The notes: generated from the sequence alone by a model not told the origin. A DNA stretch of 63,162 nucleotides, filler included, from Octopus bimaculoides (GCF_001194135.2; 4 parts of 3 records of this genome joined end to end with filler, not necessarily neighbours in it), one strand, 5' to 3'; positions 1 through 13,221 are shown, numbered from the whole stretch's first letter. A program made the numbers and translations.

Positions 1-106
1 TATATATATATATATATGTATATGTATGTATATGTACATGTATATATATGTGTATGTATATGTATGTGTGTTGTATTTGTATGTATATGTGTATGTGTGT
101 ATATGT

Positions 107-152
<46 letters not shown>
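1..152. repeat. (TA)n/(TG)n compound microsatellite
   Basis: Directly visible dinucleotide runs. Many similar (TA)n, (CA)n, (TACA)n, (GA)n, (TAA)n, (GATA)n and (TAG)n tracts occur across the window. Confidence 0.95.
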
Positions 153-322
153 ATAAACCGCCTCATAAAATAAATAAAAAATCAAGAAAGAAAATGGAGA
201 AGAAAAAGTAAAAATATGCTTGTCTCGTTTTGTTTGTTTTACAATTGGAAAAGTAATGCAAATTAAAATAGTAAAAAATATACCTTATAAGAACAAATAT
301 AAAAGGAACCGCATCAAGAAAA

Positions 323-569
323 CAACCCCAAAATATCCAATAAGTAATTCTACATACGTTTCAATGTAACAATATATTTGAATCGTCAATAATTGTAACT
401 TTTATAGTCACCGATAAACGCTCAGGACCATCTATCTTTATTGCTGTGTATATCTAAGTATGAGTGCCTTGGTGTTCTATACTTGTCTGTTCCTTGTGCG
501 TAGTGTCTACCTCTGCGTAAGTAGGCATGAGTTTCTTTGAGGGAGAGGTTGCACCTCGCTACTGCTCCA
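323..569 (+). repeat. 247-bp direct repeat, copy 1
   Basis: Matches 2230-2476 at constant offset 1907; only two substitutions seen by eye. Confidence 0.95.
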
Positions 570-899
570 AAGGCATGAATGATTTTTGAAATATATCATA
601 CTGATATTTTGTTAAAATAGAAACTCATGTCGTCTAAGACAAAAAAAAGATTAGATATATCTATTATCCTTACGTTGCCAAGATATCCGAGCTGAGTAGT
701 ATGAATAATGGGATAAATATATGCAACTAGGTAAAAAGAAAGAAAACAACGAAAAGAAATAAAAGAAAAAAACGTTAAAATGTATAATTTCGTAACGTGA
801 AAATGACAAGAAGATTTAAAACATATTTTTATCTATAAATACAATTTTATTTGGAAAGGATCCTTTTCTTGATTTTTGTGTATTAATAAGTAATTTGAA

Positions 900-2220
900 A
901 ATCTTTCTGTGCATATCTATTTATTTGAATAATATAATACCTTTGTCGTATTTAAGTCACGTCAGATATCATATGATTATATTTTCTGCTCGTGATATTC
1001 AGCTAAATTTTCTATTTCTGGAACACACACCTCTACAAACAATTATCCTAGGTCGATATGTCCTATTCATTGATATTTTTAAAAAATAAATATAGAATCA
1101 TTCTAACTGATGTATGTTTAAGAATAATTTATGTCTTTGGTAGACAACTCCAATGTATAGAAGTGTAGGATAGTGGTTCAAACGTAAATGCTGCTGTCTA
1201 CTTATTTCACAAAACAAGGGAAAACGGTGAATATATGTGACAAATATATAGAAGACACATTACCTCTTTAGCAGCCATCATCTAATGAAGTAAAATAACG
1301 TCAATGAAGAAAATCAGTAACGAATTGCTCCCTTCATCCCCCAATAGGATTCTATTTGCGTTTACTTTTAAGATTTAGTTCCAAGGAAAATAGCAATGAT
1401 ATTGGAAATAAGGTTACTCTTCTTTAGAGTCAAGGATCAAATCGGACACCATAGTATCTTATATTTATTTAAATTTATGTCTCGCATTAACGCTCCATCC
1501 AATGTTATTAATCAATTGATCGCCCTTGATAGACCTGAAGTATGATAAAAAGCACTCTGCTAATATCTTCACAACTGTTCCGATTCAAATATAAAAGAAA
1601 ATTCTTATTCAATGCATTCTAAGGATAATGATTGAAAATTTATGAGTTATTACCTACTAGTTGTAGCACGTCGTGCAGCTACAAACTTTAATTTACGCCT
1701 CATTTTAATGCATACGTCACTTAGATACCCTGAGCCGTCGGCCATCTAAATAGACTCGACGTTGGTCTAATCCAATGATCAGACAGGAATCTAAGTTTTC
1801 AATGTCATAAGAAATGACAAAAGATGTTGATGGCGCTAACTGTATATTGCTTGTTGCTTGTAATATGTTGAAACGTCAAACTAAGATACTTAAGGGATGT
1901 ATGGTTAGTAGCATTCTTTTAGGTCGTTGTGTGGAGGGCTGACGAAATCTATTAGCATTGCATGACTTTAACTACAGTTCCTATATGCCCGAAACCGGAG
2001 CAGTGAAGCATGTTGTATGAGTTGTAGAAGTCTCAGCATTGTTGCTGTTGTTTTAAACCCAGCCAAGTAGGCCTTCTATATGAGGCAATCCAGTCGTGAT
2101 AATCTAACCTTTTGTTAAGTATAGGTTTAAATTTCCCAATGTCTGTTTTAATTTTTAAAGAGAGGAGGGTACGATTAACGAGTTTTAAAGACAGGGAGGT
2201 ACGATTAATGTGTAAGAATC
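900..2220 (-). mobile_element. Possible highly decayed LINE 5' part (ORF1 CCHC knuckle plus APE endonuclease remnants)
   Basis: The minus strand near 1975-2012 restores C-F-x-C-S-G-F-G-H-I-G with one frameshift. Weak APE-like fragments (NIIAIF, ICHIYSP, IDL) follow in the expected order. Many stops. Confidence 0.3.
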
Positions 2221-2229
2221 TTCATCCTT

Positions 2230-2476
2230 CAACCCCAAAATATCCAATAAGTAATTCTACATACGTTTCAATGTAACAATATATTTGAATCGTCAATAAT
2301 TGTAACTTTTATAGTCACCGATAAACGCTCAGGACCATCTATCTTTATTGCTGTGTATATCTAAGTATGAGTGCCTTGGTGTTCTATACTTGTCTGTTCC
2401 TTGTGCGTAGTGTCTGCCTCTGCGTAAGTAGGCATGAGTTTCTTTGAGGGAGAGGTTGCACCTCGCTTCTGCTCCA
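2230..2476 (+). repeat. 247-bp direct repeat, copy 2
   Basis: Near-identical to 323-569. Confidence 0.95.
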
Positions 2477-4689
2477 CATTGGAGGAGTTTTGGAGTGTTG
2501 AATGTAGATATGTGATCTCAATATGGGGTATTTATCTCCTGCAAAAATGTTAGCAGATATGATGAGTTTATATAAATTTTACTCTTTAAAAAAAGAAACT
2601 CAACACTTTTTATGCAGTTTTGAATAACGTATGAAATCGAAAAGTCAAAATTAACTGCTATTAGGAAGATTTAGCGATGTTTCCTGATATGCGCATTATA
2701 TGTATGATATATGAACAGTTGCATCATTGGTTTAATGCATTGCTGACGCCAACGGTGATCGCGAAAGGAGTGACGCTGTTTTGGTTTGGATATAGTTTCG
2801 TATACTGTAGACAAGTAAATTTAGCTGCCCAAGGCATAAATGAAAACACCATATGCTTTTACTTCAGTGCAATGAAGGCTATCGATCTCTGATTTGAACC
2901 CACTTAGAACAATTGGCTACGTTTGGTGTTTGTACTCAATGATGGATTAAACGTGTAGCTAGTCAGATTTTGAGGAAGATTATTATGTTAAAACACGATA
3001 AATATCGGCTTTCGTTCTAAAAGAAATATTCTTTAGCTGACATCTTTAATTCAGGAAAAAGAATTGTTGTTTTTGGTGCGCCTTGGTGTTGGGTGAGTCG
3101 ACGGCGGTGATAATGGTTGTGTTAGTAGTGGTGGTAGTGATGTTATTTGTCATGGCGGTTTGTTGCTGGGGGTCGTCCTGGCTTTCAAGTGGATTTCTGT
3201 AAACAGCGTTGTTATGTAAACAGTTGTGTTGGTATGGGTAACAGTAGTGGTTGTCGTGTATGTTGTCATTGTCGCAGTGGTGATTGTGTTGATAGCATCA
3301 CCTTTTAGCCTTATTTTGTGAAGATCTAATTGCTAATCTGTACAAAGGAAAGAAAACTATTATTTACAAAAGAAAACATCTGCTTCCTGCCAGAGTAAAA
3401 ACTGCTGTGTCATAGTTTCCTCATTTCAAATCAGCTTTGCTTATGTTTTCGTGATTTAGAACAGGATCAATTATATAAAAGGCCATTTGTAGACCATAGC
3501 TGTAGATGTATTTAGCTCATTATCATTAGGTCATAAGTTCGATACTCTGGCTAGGCAGTATGTTGTATTCTTACGTAAAATTTTAATTCACGTTGCTTCT
3601 GTACACCCAGCGGCAAATGAGTTGCTGTTGCACTCGGAAGAACCGGTGCAATGAAATGTAGTCCCTTACAGTGTTAAATCTTGTATACTCAGTGTACCAC
3701 ACAAGAAGCAATGGATCCTACGCTTGAGATAAACTCATTTTCGTGTATATTTGTGTCCCAAACATAGACGAGTTTAGTGTTGATATCAAAGCTGTTTTCA
3801 CCAAATTTCTCTACGGTAAAGTTACTTTCGCTTGGTGATAAACAACGGATTAGTTATGGAGTGAATACGATTTCGGAAATCTTTTCTGATGTCTTTAAGG
3901 ACGGCAAAAGATTCAGAATCTTGGGGTTGCTTTTAAAAAGATTGAAAACGTCTGCGAGTTTGGGCCTAACTGTGGAGTACGTTTTCTGTGGTTACCTGAA
4001 ACGGTATAGTGCTGGTCGGTCGACGAGTGATGAGTGTAGTAGAAAGATGGGCTGCAGTATAAAGTGCTGGAAAAACCTTGTGGCCTATGCGATGTCCGGT
4101 GAAATTGTTGTTCCTAGTTTGGCGGACAATCGTGCCGTCCAGTTTTTAGGGGCGAGAAATTTGTTCAAAGTGTTTAGGCCGTGACTTATGCCTAAACTGC
4201 TGCAAGGCGGCTAAGAGGACTGAATTTAATCTTTCACACACCACGGGAATATGCTCTAATATTTTCAAAACATGCTTCAGTGTTTCCCATTCCAAATAAA
4301 GGTGACTCTTTACCCAACCGATAATCGTCCGATCGCACTCACCTTTAGCATCTCTAATGTGGTAGGGACAGTCATTAGCAATGATGTTCTCCAAAATCTT
4401 GCATTTCTTTCCCAAATCTCTCATATCGCTCATTAGGCTCCTACTTTAGAGAAGTTCTGTAAAAACAATTTTGTTGCTTTTACATCGGCATAATCTTTTA
4501 TAGTAGCATGCGTATTATCTATCAAAACGCCCATCAGATGGTTTCGCTTTTTCGCGTTTCTTGGATTTGTAGATTCCATTCAAATCAAAATACGGCAGCA
4601 AGCGTTGACAGGTGTCTTTCTTCGCCAGTTTCGAAGTATTTTATTGTGTTTCAGTATTCTGTGGTGTCCTCCACTCTCTTCCATATAGA

Positions 4690-5310
4690 CATCAATGACA
4701 GCTATAATAATGTCATTGGAAAAAGAGAAGCATTCAACATGACTGCTGTAATCATCATGGATGTTGACTACTGCAAAAATGCTACCAGCAATGACACCAA
4801 CTATTACGAAAATATAGACGATATCAAATTTATAAAAGACTATGGAAAATCTGACAACCCTCATTCTTCTGCACGAAAAAGGTTTACCAGGCAAGGAATA
4901 CAACTTCCTTATGAGGTCTGAATGCCAAACAAGTAACATATTCAGAGTTTCTACAAAGCCGTAAGTGCAAAACAACATACTTTACTTGCAAAGAGTCAAC
5001 TTAAACAAATGTAAGCATATCACATCCAACTTCTCTTAAGGTAAGACCAATTGTAATGGGTCAAACATATCAGATTCGCAGACACAGCAACTTTGTAGAC
5101 ATGGCTGAAACCAGTTTTATAACTCTTACCATGTTTTGTGACATGGTCTTGTTAAACGCTTTCCATAAAATGCATTTATAAAAGTACCATTATAATATCA
5201 TTTGATGTCGCCGATCTCTTCACTAGTATTCGACATGAGGTAGTATTCCACGAAGTAGGAGCTATTGAATTTCGGCCTATAAACTCCAAAGTAAAATCTC
5301 AGGCCGACAT
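4690..5310 (+). mobile_element. Decayed Penelope-like element reverse transcriptase fragment
   Basis: Ordered PLE RT motifs across frameshifts: TAVIIMDVDYCK...NDTNYYE, a degenerate FYxxPxV (FYGLPKVHK-like), LKVRPIV, and SFDVADLFTSIRH (motif A, SFDVxSLFTxIP) at about 5198-5236. Confidence 0.7.
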
Positions 5311-5589
5311 GGAATAAAATTCTGTGTAAAATATATTTTTTTCGAATTGACTGCCTACGGAGAAATACAAATATCTGGAACTTCAGGTGTCAAAGTCATA
5401 CGCAGAACAATCAAAATTAAAGTATGACATCATCATTCATAATTACCTATTACAAAACTGGAAACATTTCCTGAATGCATGCCTCATTCTGTGAAGCTAA
5501 CGTCTTGACCAAGGAATTTGGAAAACTAATTATTAATATAAACCTGTTGCAATACGCTGCGAAAGATATGGGTGTAAAATGTAGATGAA

Positions 5590-6520
5590 ATGATGGGCAA
5601 ATAAGTGTTTAACCAAAGAACTGAGGAGAAGAGAAAAGAAGACCATCTTGAAATAAGAATGCATGGAAAATTTGAAAGAAATAAACAGGACGTTAAGGAT
5701 GATACAGCATTGTGGGTATGGTTTGAGCGAGGTGATATGAAGCGTAGCACCGAAAGTCTTATCATTGCTGCACAAGACCAGGCTCTCGCTACCAATTCAG
5801 TGAAGTAAAACATCTATAAAACTTCTGACACCCAGAAATGTAGACTCTGTGGAAAGAGTGTGGAAAATGTGACCCACTTGGTAAATGGATGTGAGAGCCT
5901 TGAACAAGGAGAGTACAAAGGGTGCCATGATAAAGTGTGTGTGTATCTTCATTGGCTCTTATGCCATAAATACCAGTATGAAGTAACAGAGAACTGGTGT
6001 GAGCATGTAACAAATAACATTATGCAGGAGGATTGAAAACGAACGACACTCTGGGATTATGATTTTCAGATGGATCGTGTAACCGAACACAGTCGACCGC
6101 ATATTGTCACATTGAATGAGAGAGAAAAATAATGTCAGATCATTGATGTAGGGATACTAAATCACATGAATGTTGTGAGTAAAGAGTTTGAAAAAAATCA
6201 TCAAGTACTCCGAATTGAAAGTAGAAATGGGACGACTGTATGGAATGCGAGAGGGTAATGCAAACGTGATACCAGTGGTGATCGGAGGGTTGGGCTCAAT
6301 CCCATTGAAACTTCAAGACTTCTTAAGGCAAATGGAAATCCCATGCAAGATTAATGTCTTGCGAAAAAAGCAGCCTTGTTGGACACGACGATCATCTTAG
6401 GGACGTATTATCTGACTGAGGTCCTTGTGACTTGACAGATGACTAAATACTTTGGTGCATTTTTTACCTACACTGTGTTACGAAGGAATAATAATAATTA
6501 TAATAATTATAGTTATAATA
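5590..6520 (+). mobile_element. R4/Dong-type (restriction-like endonuclease) non-LTR retrotransposon, 3' portion, decayed
   Basis: LWVWFERGDMKRSTESLIIAAQDQALATN, CCHC finger CRLCGKSVENVTHLVNGC, endonuclease region LWDYDFQMDR...RPHIV...IIDV, and VIPVVIGGLGSIP. Ends in a (TAA)n-like tail. Confidence 0.85.
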
Positions 6521-6685
6521 ACAAGTTGCAATTTATTGTGTATGCTATTCTGCGAAGTGCAATCAAAAAATGAAACCATATGTATTCATCAGTACCCATG
6601 TGATAAAAGACTACATTGCAAGCACTCATATACCACTTACGTTACTCTTATTGAGAAAGTCTATCACTCAGCTTGTGTATGTATG

Positions 6686-6729
<44 letters not shown>

Positions 6730-7239
6730 CACACACNNNNNNNNNNATATGTATATACATATATGTATGTGTCTCTCCGTGTGTGGTTGTTTGTGGGTTT
6801 TTTGTGTGCGTGTCTGTGTGTCTGTCTCTGTCTGTGTGTCTGTCTCTGTCTGTGTTTGTGTCTGCGTAGGTGCATACATTCATACGTGCGCTAGGTGAAG
6901 GTAAGCATCTAATTATGTATATCAAATAACAGGTGTAATGTGATTGCGGCATTGTTGCACTGGTACAGCTCACGGAAATTAATTTTTCTTTTCTGATGTA
7001 GTCCTCGGGGTAATGTTGTGTGCAATGCTAGAATTGATAAAGCTAGCTACAGTTTAGTATTGTTAATATTAATGATTGAATGATTTCCGATTAAATTCAT
7101 TTTTTTTTATGTAGCTACGAAGATTACTTTGGTAATTTCTTTGACAAAACTTCGGTAACGTTCAGTTTATAAAATTAACTGAGCGCCAACACTTGCTATT
7201 CAAAAGCATACCTTGACGTGTTTTAAGTGTAACACTCTT

Positions 7240-7459
7240 TTTTTTCTTTTATTTGTTTCAGTTATTTCATTGCGCCCATGCTGGAGGACTGGCTCTAGTC
7301 GAGCAAATCGACCCAAGGACTTGTTCTTCGTAAGCCTAGTACTTATTCTATCATTCTCTTTTGCAGAACCGCTAAGTTACTTATACGTAAACATACCAAA
7401 ATGTGTTGTCAAACGGTGTTGGAGGAGCGACAAACACAAATGCACAAACACACACATAC

Positions 7460-7460
<1 letters not shown>
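7240..7460 (-). mobile_element. SINE family B, 3' part (truncated by gap)
   Basis: Shares the catgctggag / gtaagcctagtacttattct / gaaccgctaagttac blocks with full copies at 14808 and 31370. Confidence 0.85.
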
Positions 7461-7495
<35 letters not shown>

Positions 7496-8890
7496 NNNNN
7501 NNNNNNNNNNNNNNNNNNNNNNNNNNNNNNNNNNNNNNNNNNNNNNNNNNNNNNNNNNNNNNNNNNNNNNNNNNNNNNNNNNNNNNNNNNNNNNNNNNNN
7601 NNNNNNNNNNNNNNNNNNNNNNNNNNNNNNNNNNNNNNNNNNNNNNNNNNNNNNNNNNNNNNNNNNNNNNNNNNNNNNNNNNNNNNNNNNNNNNNNNNNN
7701 NNNNNNNNNNNNNNNNNNNNNNNNNNNNNNNNNNNNNNNNNNNNNNNNNNNNNNNNNNNNNNNNNNNNNNNNNNNNNNNNNNNNNNNNNNNNNNNNNNNN
7801 NNNNNNNNNNNNNNNNNNNNNNNNNNNNNNNNNNNNNNNNNNNNNNNNNNNNNNNNATCGAAACCTAGTGAAGTACTCGCCTCTAAAGTTGTACATAATC
7901 TCTCATCTCTTCAAAATTGATATCATTGTGTCTACATCAGAAAAGATTGGTTATAAGCCAAAATCGTTGTCTTGCGCTTTACTCCCGCTTTTCAAATTAA
8001 GTTAAAACGATGCCAACCAAGCCCGTGTTATTTCGTATTTCCTTTTGAACCAGCGGTCTAATTTTTGTATTTGATTCAGTCATTTGACTACGAACATGCT
8101 GGAACACCGCCTTTAGTCAAAGGAATCGACTTCCAATCCATATTCTTTGTAAGTCTAGTTCTTATTCTACGGGTCTCTTTTGCGTTAAAAAAGTTCATTC
8201 CGTAAAAATGTACATAGTGAAGGTATATATTGCGTATTATGTCTTTCGATGAATAAGTGATATATGAGAAAGTAATCGAACAAACATTTGCGTACACTTC
8301 CTAGTAATTCGAATAGATTTTATACGAGTTTGTCCCCAAAAAATCTTGAGTTAATTGTACAGAAATGGACTACAAAAGAGGAAAAGACGAGGCGGACAAA
8401 TTTAAATGTTGTTGATTGACAATAAGCTTAAATCATTGAATATTACTGTGGTAAGAAACGGCTCAACGAAGATACATTTCCACGTTGAACCAAAGAATCC
8501 ACTCTACAAAGAGAATGAGAGGTTTCATCACGTTAACAACTTGATACTGAATGCAATCAAGAAATAAAGACAATCAGAAGAAGCACGAGTCTAAAGATGA
8601 CAACGAGAGATATTCAGCAACAGTACTTTGGAGTAAAGATTGTTTGCCAACATAACATGGTTATTGCCCTTCATCAGCACCTCTCACCGAACAATTATTC
8701 TGTGCTGATGAAGGGAAATAACCCGGAAATCACGATACACAGATATTGTTTTGAGCTGAGTGGGGATGCTAGATTCCCTTGTTCCAAAATGTAAGGACAC
8801 AGATCGTGTCGTATAGCCAGGAGGAGTTATACAGTCAAAATTAAACGAAGATTGCCAAAATTAAAAGGAAAGTGCCAAAATTAAAAGAAG

Positions 8891-9085
8891 AGTGCCGTTG
8901 AAGACACACAAGATGTCGAAATATAGTTCACTAGATAACAATGGCACTCTTCTTTTTCTTCAGGAGTAGTTACTTCAATACTTTCTATATTAACCAAAAT
9001 GAAGTAGAGTGACAAATTCATTTTTTGAACCCGTTGAAGACACACATGATTTCGAAATATCGTTCACTAGATAGCAATGGCACTC
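8891..9085 (+). mobile_element. Short repeat family E, two tandem copies with a hammerhead-like motif
   Basis: Unit ccgttgaagacacac..gatgtcgaaatat(c/a)gttcactagata(a/g)caatggcactcttc at 8895 and 9031; further copies at 17893-17951 (-) and about 17995-18060 (+). Confidence 0.7.
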
Positions 9086-9099
9086 TTCTTTTAATTTTG

Positions 9100-9103
9100 A
9101 CTC

Positions 9104-9135
<32 letters not shown>

Positions 9136-9205
9136 TCATTTCTAGGAATCAAACTCGGAATATTGGGTTTAGTAGGCCGCGCTCTTAACCACTATGCCGT
9201 ATGCC
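9100..9205 (-). mobile_element. SINE family D tRNA-like head plus (TAA)n
   Basis: Same head as 16615-16690, with A-box and B-box-like motifs on the minus strand. Confidence 0.75.
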
Positions 9206-9789
9206 AAACTTATTTCATATGTGAGAACTTAAGGAATCCAGTGTAGTAAATATCATTTTAATTTTGCATTGGCCAAATTTGATCGTAAGTGAAAATCTCT
9301 ACGATCACATTTGCCTCATTGCTATATATTTCTATTTAAGTTTTGTATAGTGTAAGCTTCATGATTACATTTTACTTCAGTCTAAATTGAATTTCTTCAT
9401 ATGTCACAAACTCTTCTCTCTTTGTCAACGCAATGTATGAGCATCTACTTCTGTGACAATATTTTCTGTCGCCTGTAGGCTTTTCGCACGATTTTCCTTT
9501 TATTCTAACATACACATGACAGCAGATCCGATTTTGAGAAAGGAAATTGCTGAAACCTGATAGAGAAACAATATCTACTCGTGTAATTTCAGATACGTTT
9601 TAAAATGATTTAATCTTATTTTCTTTTTGAGTCGTTAACGATTGTGGTTATTCTTCAACTAAGAGGTAAATTTCATTTCACTCTGAAGTTTTAGCCCACA
9701 TTAGGCCTTATTTGATTTATCGTAATACATAATATTGACTTCGTGGACGAATCTGTAGCGTATGTAAGGTTTGACAAGGAGAAGTCGCT

Positions 9790-10110
9790 AATCCCAGGAC
9801 AATTTCAGCCTAAAAATCAGACAGAACTTTAAGAATTCAGAACACATTGGTCGACTAAAATCTGTAACAGAACCTTGTGTGAGCAAACGCAGATCTCTGT
9901 TAGGGAGATCAAACGTATAAAATGGGCTTAAGTTGGACAATCCACAGAGTGGTCATCAAGTAAGTTGTTGGCGACGTGAACTGGAGAAAGACGTGTGCGG
10001 ATGGAGCTGGGAAAACTGAAGAGTAAAGCCGTTGTACACACATATCTTATGTATGTGTCCACGGTATGGAGACTGGTGGAATGTGGGATGACTGTGTAGG
10101 TACTGGGGTA
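9790..10110 (+). mobile_element. Decayed RTE-type LINE 3' fragment
   Basis: Across frameshifts: FRTHWSTKICNRTLCEQTQISVREIKRIKW and CWRRELEKDVCGWSWE, resembling RTE C-terminal WxWIGH...TWRRxxE...SW motifs. Confidence 0.55.
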
Positions 10111-11419
10111 AGTTTTGCTACGTTAAATGTGCTTAATGTGGAGCTGCGTGAATATCATCATAAATGTGTTAGAAGACAGAAAGCTGTTGTTTGGTCCCTG
10201 ATATGTATAGTGTGTTTTGATCTTATTATGGAAAACGAAAATTCTTGTACCACCGTGATCGAATTAGAACTTCATTCTTTCCGAGTCGATTAAATAAGGA
10301 CTATTTCAACACTGAACTCGATGTCTGCGATTGAACCTCACCTCTATTGTTACCGGTGCTGTGCCAGAATTTTAAGACCATCATGAAAGTCTACGAGAGT
10401 CGGTTACTAAATATATAGGTGAAAATGTATAAGTAAACTAACAGAGAATCGAAAAAACTACTGAGATGAAACAACGTGTGCTCAATATAACCCTATCTTC
10501 CAACCATGAGAGAAAACAGCTGCCCTGTTACTGCGAATCCATGAGTGAAAAGAAAAAAAAACAGATAGGACTCATGAGCTTATTAAAATAATTCGCATCG
10601 ATGGTACATTCTAGAATTTAAACTTATACTCAAATGTGAATGGATGCAACGAATTTTAGATCAAATGTCTTAGGTGCAAAATTTATGCTATCGTTAATGA
10701 CAGTGGAAGTTACAGTGCTATGAACTTACACATATAATAAAAAAAAAAATACAGCTGGTTTGTTCCTGTGAAAGCATGAGTAGAATTTAGGTAGAAGAGA
10801 AGTAAAGATCGGGCAAGAGAGAAGTGGGACAGTACTGAAAATCATTTGGCCATTTAATGTAAAGCTAATACTTTGCTTGACTTGTCTACCACATGTGACA
10901 CACAAGACATATATCACTGGTATCTATGCATCATATATAATACACACTGCCATTTTTTATTCAATTACCAGAGTAATATACGACTTAAGTGAGGACAATT
11001 TTGTCTTACTCAGAACGTAAGAAAAAAGTGGGAACAAAAATCTGGCAGGTGGCGCTGTGGTAAGAGTTTTCTTTTTTCCTAATCAACCGGTTTGGGGTTT
11101 AGTGCCACGGCAAGATATCTTGGATACGTGTGTTCTAGCAGAAACTCGGACCGATCAAGGCATCTTGAGTGGGTTTCGTTGAGAATAACTGAAACCGTCC
11201 TGACACACATATATGTATGTATATGTGTGTGTTTTTGTGTGTGTGTGTGCACGCGCGTTTGTTAGAACCTGCCTACTTCTCTAGTGATGAGGAATTTGAA
11301 AAATAGAGCAAGGTATATATATATATACTTTAACCATGTAACACAAGCCTTCTGTAGTTTTTTCACTCTTATTATCTTTTATACATCCAACCACGTGCTT
11401 TCACATACCAACTTTCTCA

Positions 11420-11450
<31 letters not shown>

Positions 11451-12974
11451 NNNNNNNNNNNNNNNNNNNNNNNNNNNNNNNNNNNNNNNNNNNNNNNNNN
11501 NNNNNNNNNNNNNNNNNNNNNNNNNNNNNNNNNNNNNNNNNNNNNNNNNNNNNNNNNNNNNNNNNNNNNNNNNNNNNNNNNNNNNNNNNNNNNNNNNNNN
11601 NNNNNNNNNNNNNNNNNNNNNNNNNNNNNNNNNNNNNNNNNNNNNNNNNNNNNNNNNNNNNNNNNNNNNNNNNNNNNNNNNNNNNNNNNNNNNNNNNNNN
11701 NNNNNNNNNNNNNNNNNNNNNNNNNNNNNNNNNNNNNNNNNNNNNNNNNNNNNNNNNNNNNNNNNNNNNNNNNNNNNNNNNNNNNNNNNNNNNNNNNNNN
11801 NNNNNNNNNNNNNNNNNNNNNNNNNNNNNNNNNNNNNNNNNNNNNNNNNNNNNNNNNNNNNNNNNNNNNNNNNNNNNNNNNNNNNNNNNNNNNNNNNNNN
11901 NNNNNNNNNNNNNNNNNNNNNNNNNNNNNNNNNNNNNNNNNNNNNNNNNNNNNNNNNNNNNNNNNNNNNNNNNNNNNNNNNNNNNNNNNNNNNNNNNNNN
12001 NNNNNNNNNNNNNNNNNNNNNNNNNNNNNNNNNNNNNNNNNNNNNNNNNNNNNNNNNNNNNNNNNNNNNNNNNNNNNNNNNNNNNNNNNNNNNNNNNNNN
12101 NNNNNNNNNNNNNNNNNNNNNNNNNNNNNNNNNNNNNNNNNNNNNNNNNNNNNNNNNNNNNNNNNNNNNNNNNNNNNNNNNNNNNNNNNNNNNNNNNNNN
12201 NNNNNNNNNNNNNNNNNNNNNNNNNNNNNNNNNNNNNNNNNNNNNNNNNNNNNNNNNNNNNNNNNNNNNNNNNNNNNNNNNNNNNNNNNNNNNNNNNNNN
12301 NNNNNNNNNNNNNNNNNNAACATATGTTGAAAGTATAAATGGTTTGAACACCTGCGTTTGACACCATTTCTTCATTTATATATATATATATATATATTTA
12401 ACTGGTTTTCGGTTGCGTGGTTATCACAGAGTTCTTATAATGTCTAGCTAGCTAAATGTGAATACAATGTTTCTCATTTTTATTTTATTTTTTTGTTCTA
12501 ATAACACAACTACCACCACAATTTATATAAATCTTGGTTGAAATTCTTTTTCGAATATTTTCTTTTCCATTAAAATCTTCATTATATAGAAAGCTGTAAT
12601 AGCATCCGGCTTTTTCCTGCTTAACAATTGTTTCATGCTCTTTGAATGAGTCTACCACAGCGTGTGCACCACAAGCATAAATAATACTTCATTTCAATAA
12701 TTAATTCCAAATTTTAACCATCAAAAATAATTTTATTCGGTCTGCTGCCTGGCGTTTCCTCGCCAAAAAATTAGATTAATTGTTTGATCTCCATCAATAA
12801 AAATAATACATTCAAAAAGCTGTATATTGGGTAATGTTTATTAATTTGCAAATAGAAATTTGAATATTGAAGCTTGTCATTAATATATAATTGTGAATAG
12901 GCAATTTCATAATATGCCTACACGCTGAAATGTGTATAATACTTGTTAATATTCATTTGCTTGCATTGTATTCT

Positions 12975-13175
12975 TTTATTGATTTATTGTTTTATTTGTT
13001 TCAGTAATTTGACTGCGGGCATGCTGGGGCATAGCGCTCAGTCGGGAAAATACACCCCAGGACTTATTCTTTGTAAGCCTAGTATTTATTCCATCGGTCG
13101 CTTTTGACATAAACACACCAGCATCGGTAGCCAAACGATGTTGTGGGGACAAACACTGACACACAAACATACACA
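12975..13175 (-). mobile_element. SINE family B, 3' part
   Basis: Similarity to 14808-15284. Confidence 0.85.
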
Positions 13176-13177
13176 CA

Positions 13178-13221
<44 letters not shown>

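Noticed and set aside
26-211. ORFs rich in YI/CV/HT/N/L/S/M repeats (here and at about 6450-6970, 14925-15250, 16474-16702, 17667-18374, 21139-21411, 23916-25651, 36187-36450, 42245-42991, 62569-62980)
   Set aside because: Translations of di- and trinucleotide microsatellites.
3050-3339. Thr/Pro-rich mucin-like reading on the minus strand after a good acceptor
   Set aside because: The acceptor is followed by early stops, the Thr-rich frame is interrupted, and it looks like decayed (ACC/ACA)n low-complexity DNA, as does 50030-50260.
3777-4433. 135-aa plus ORF and 95-aa minus ORF
   Set aside because: No recognisable motif or splice context; probably the decayed 5' part of the adjacent retroelement.
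7213-12375. Long ORFs of 150-350 aa spanning N runs (also 34316-35331, 42245-42796, 50147-51134)
   Set aside because: Length comes from untranslatable gap bases.
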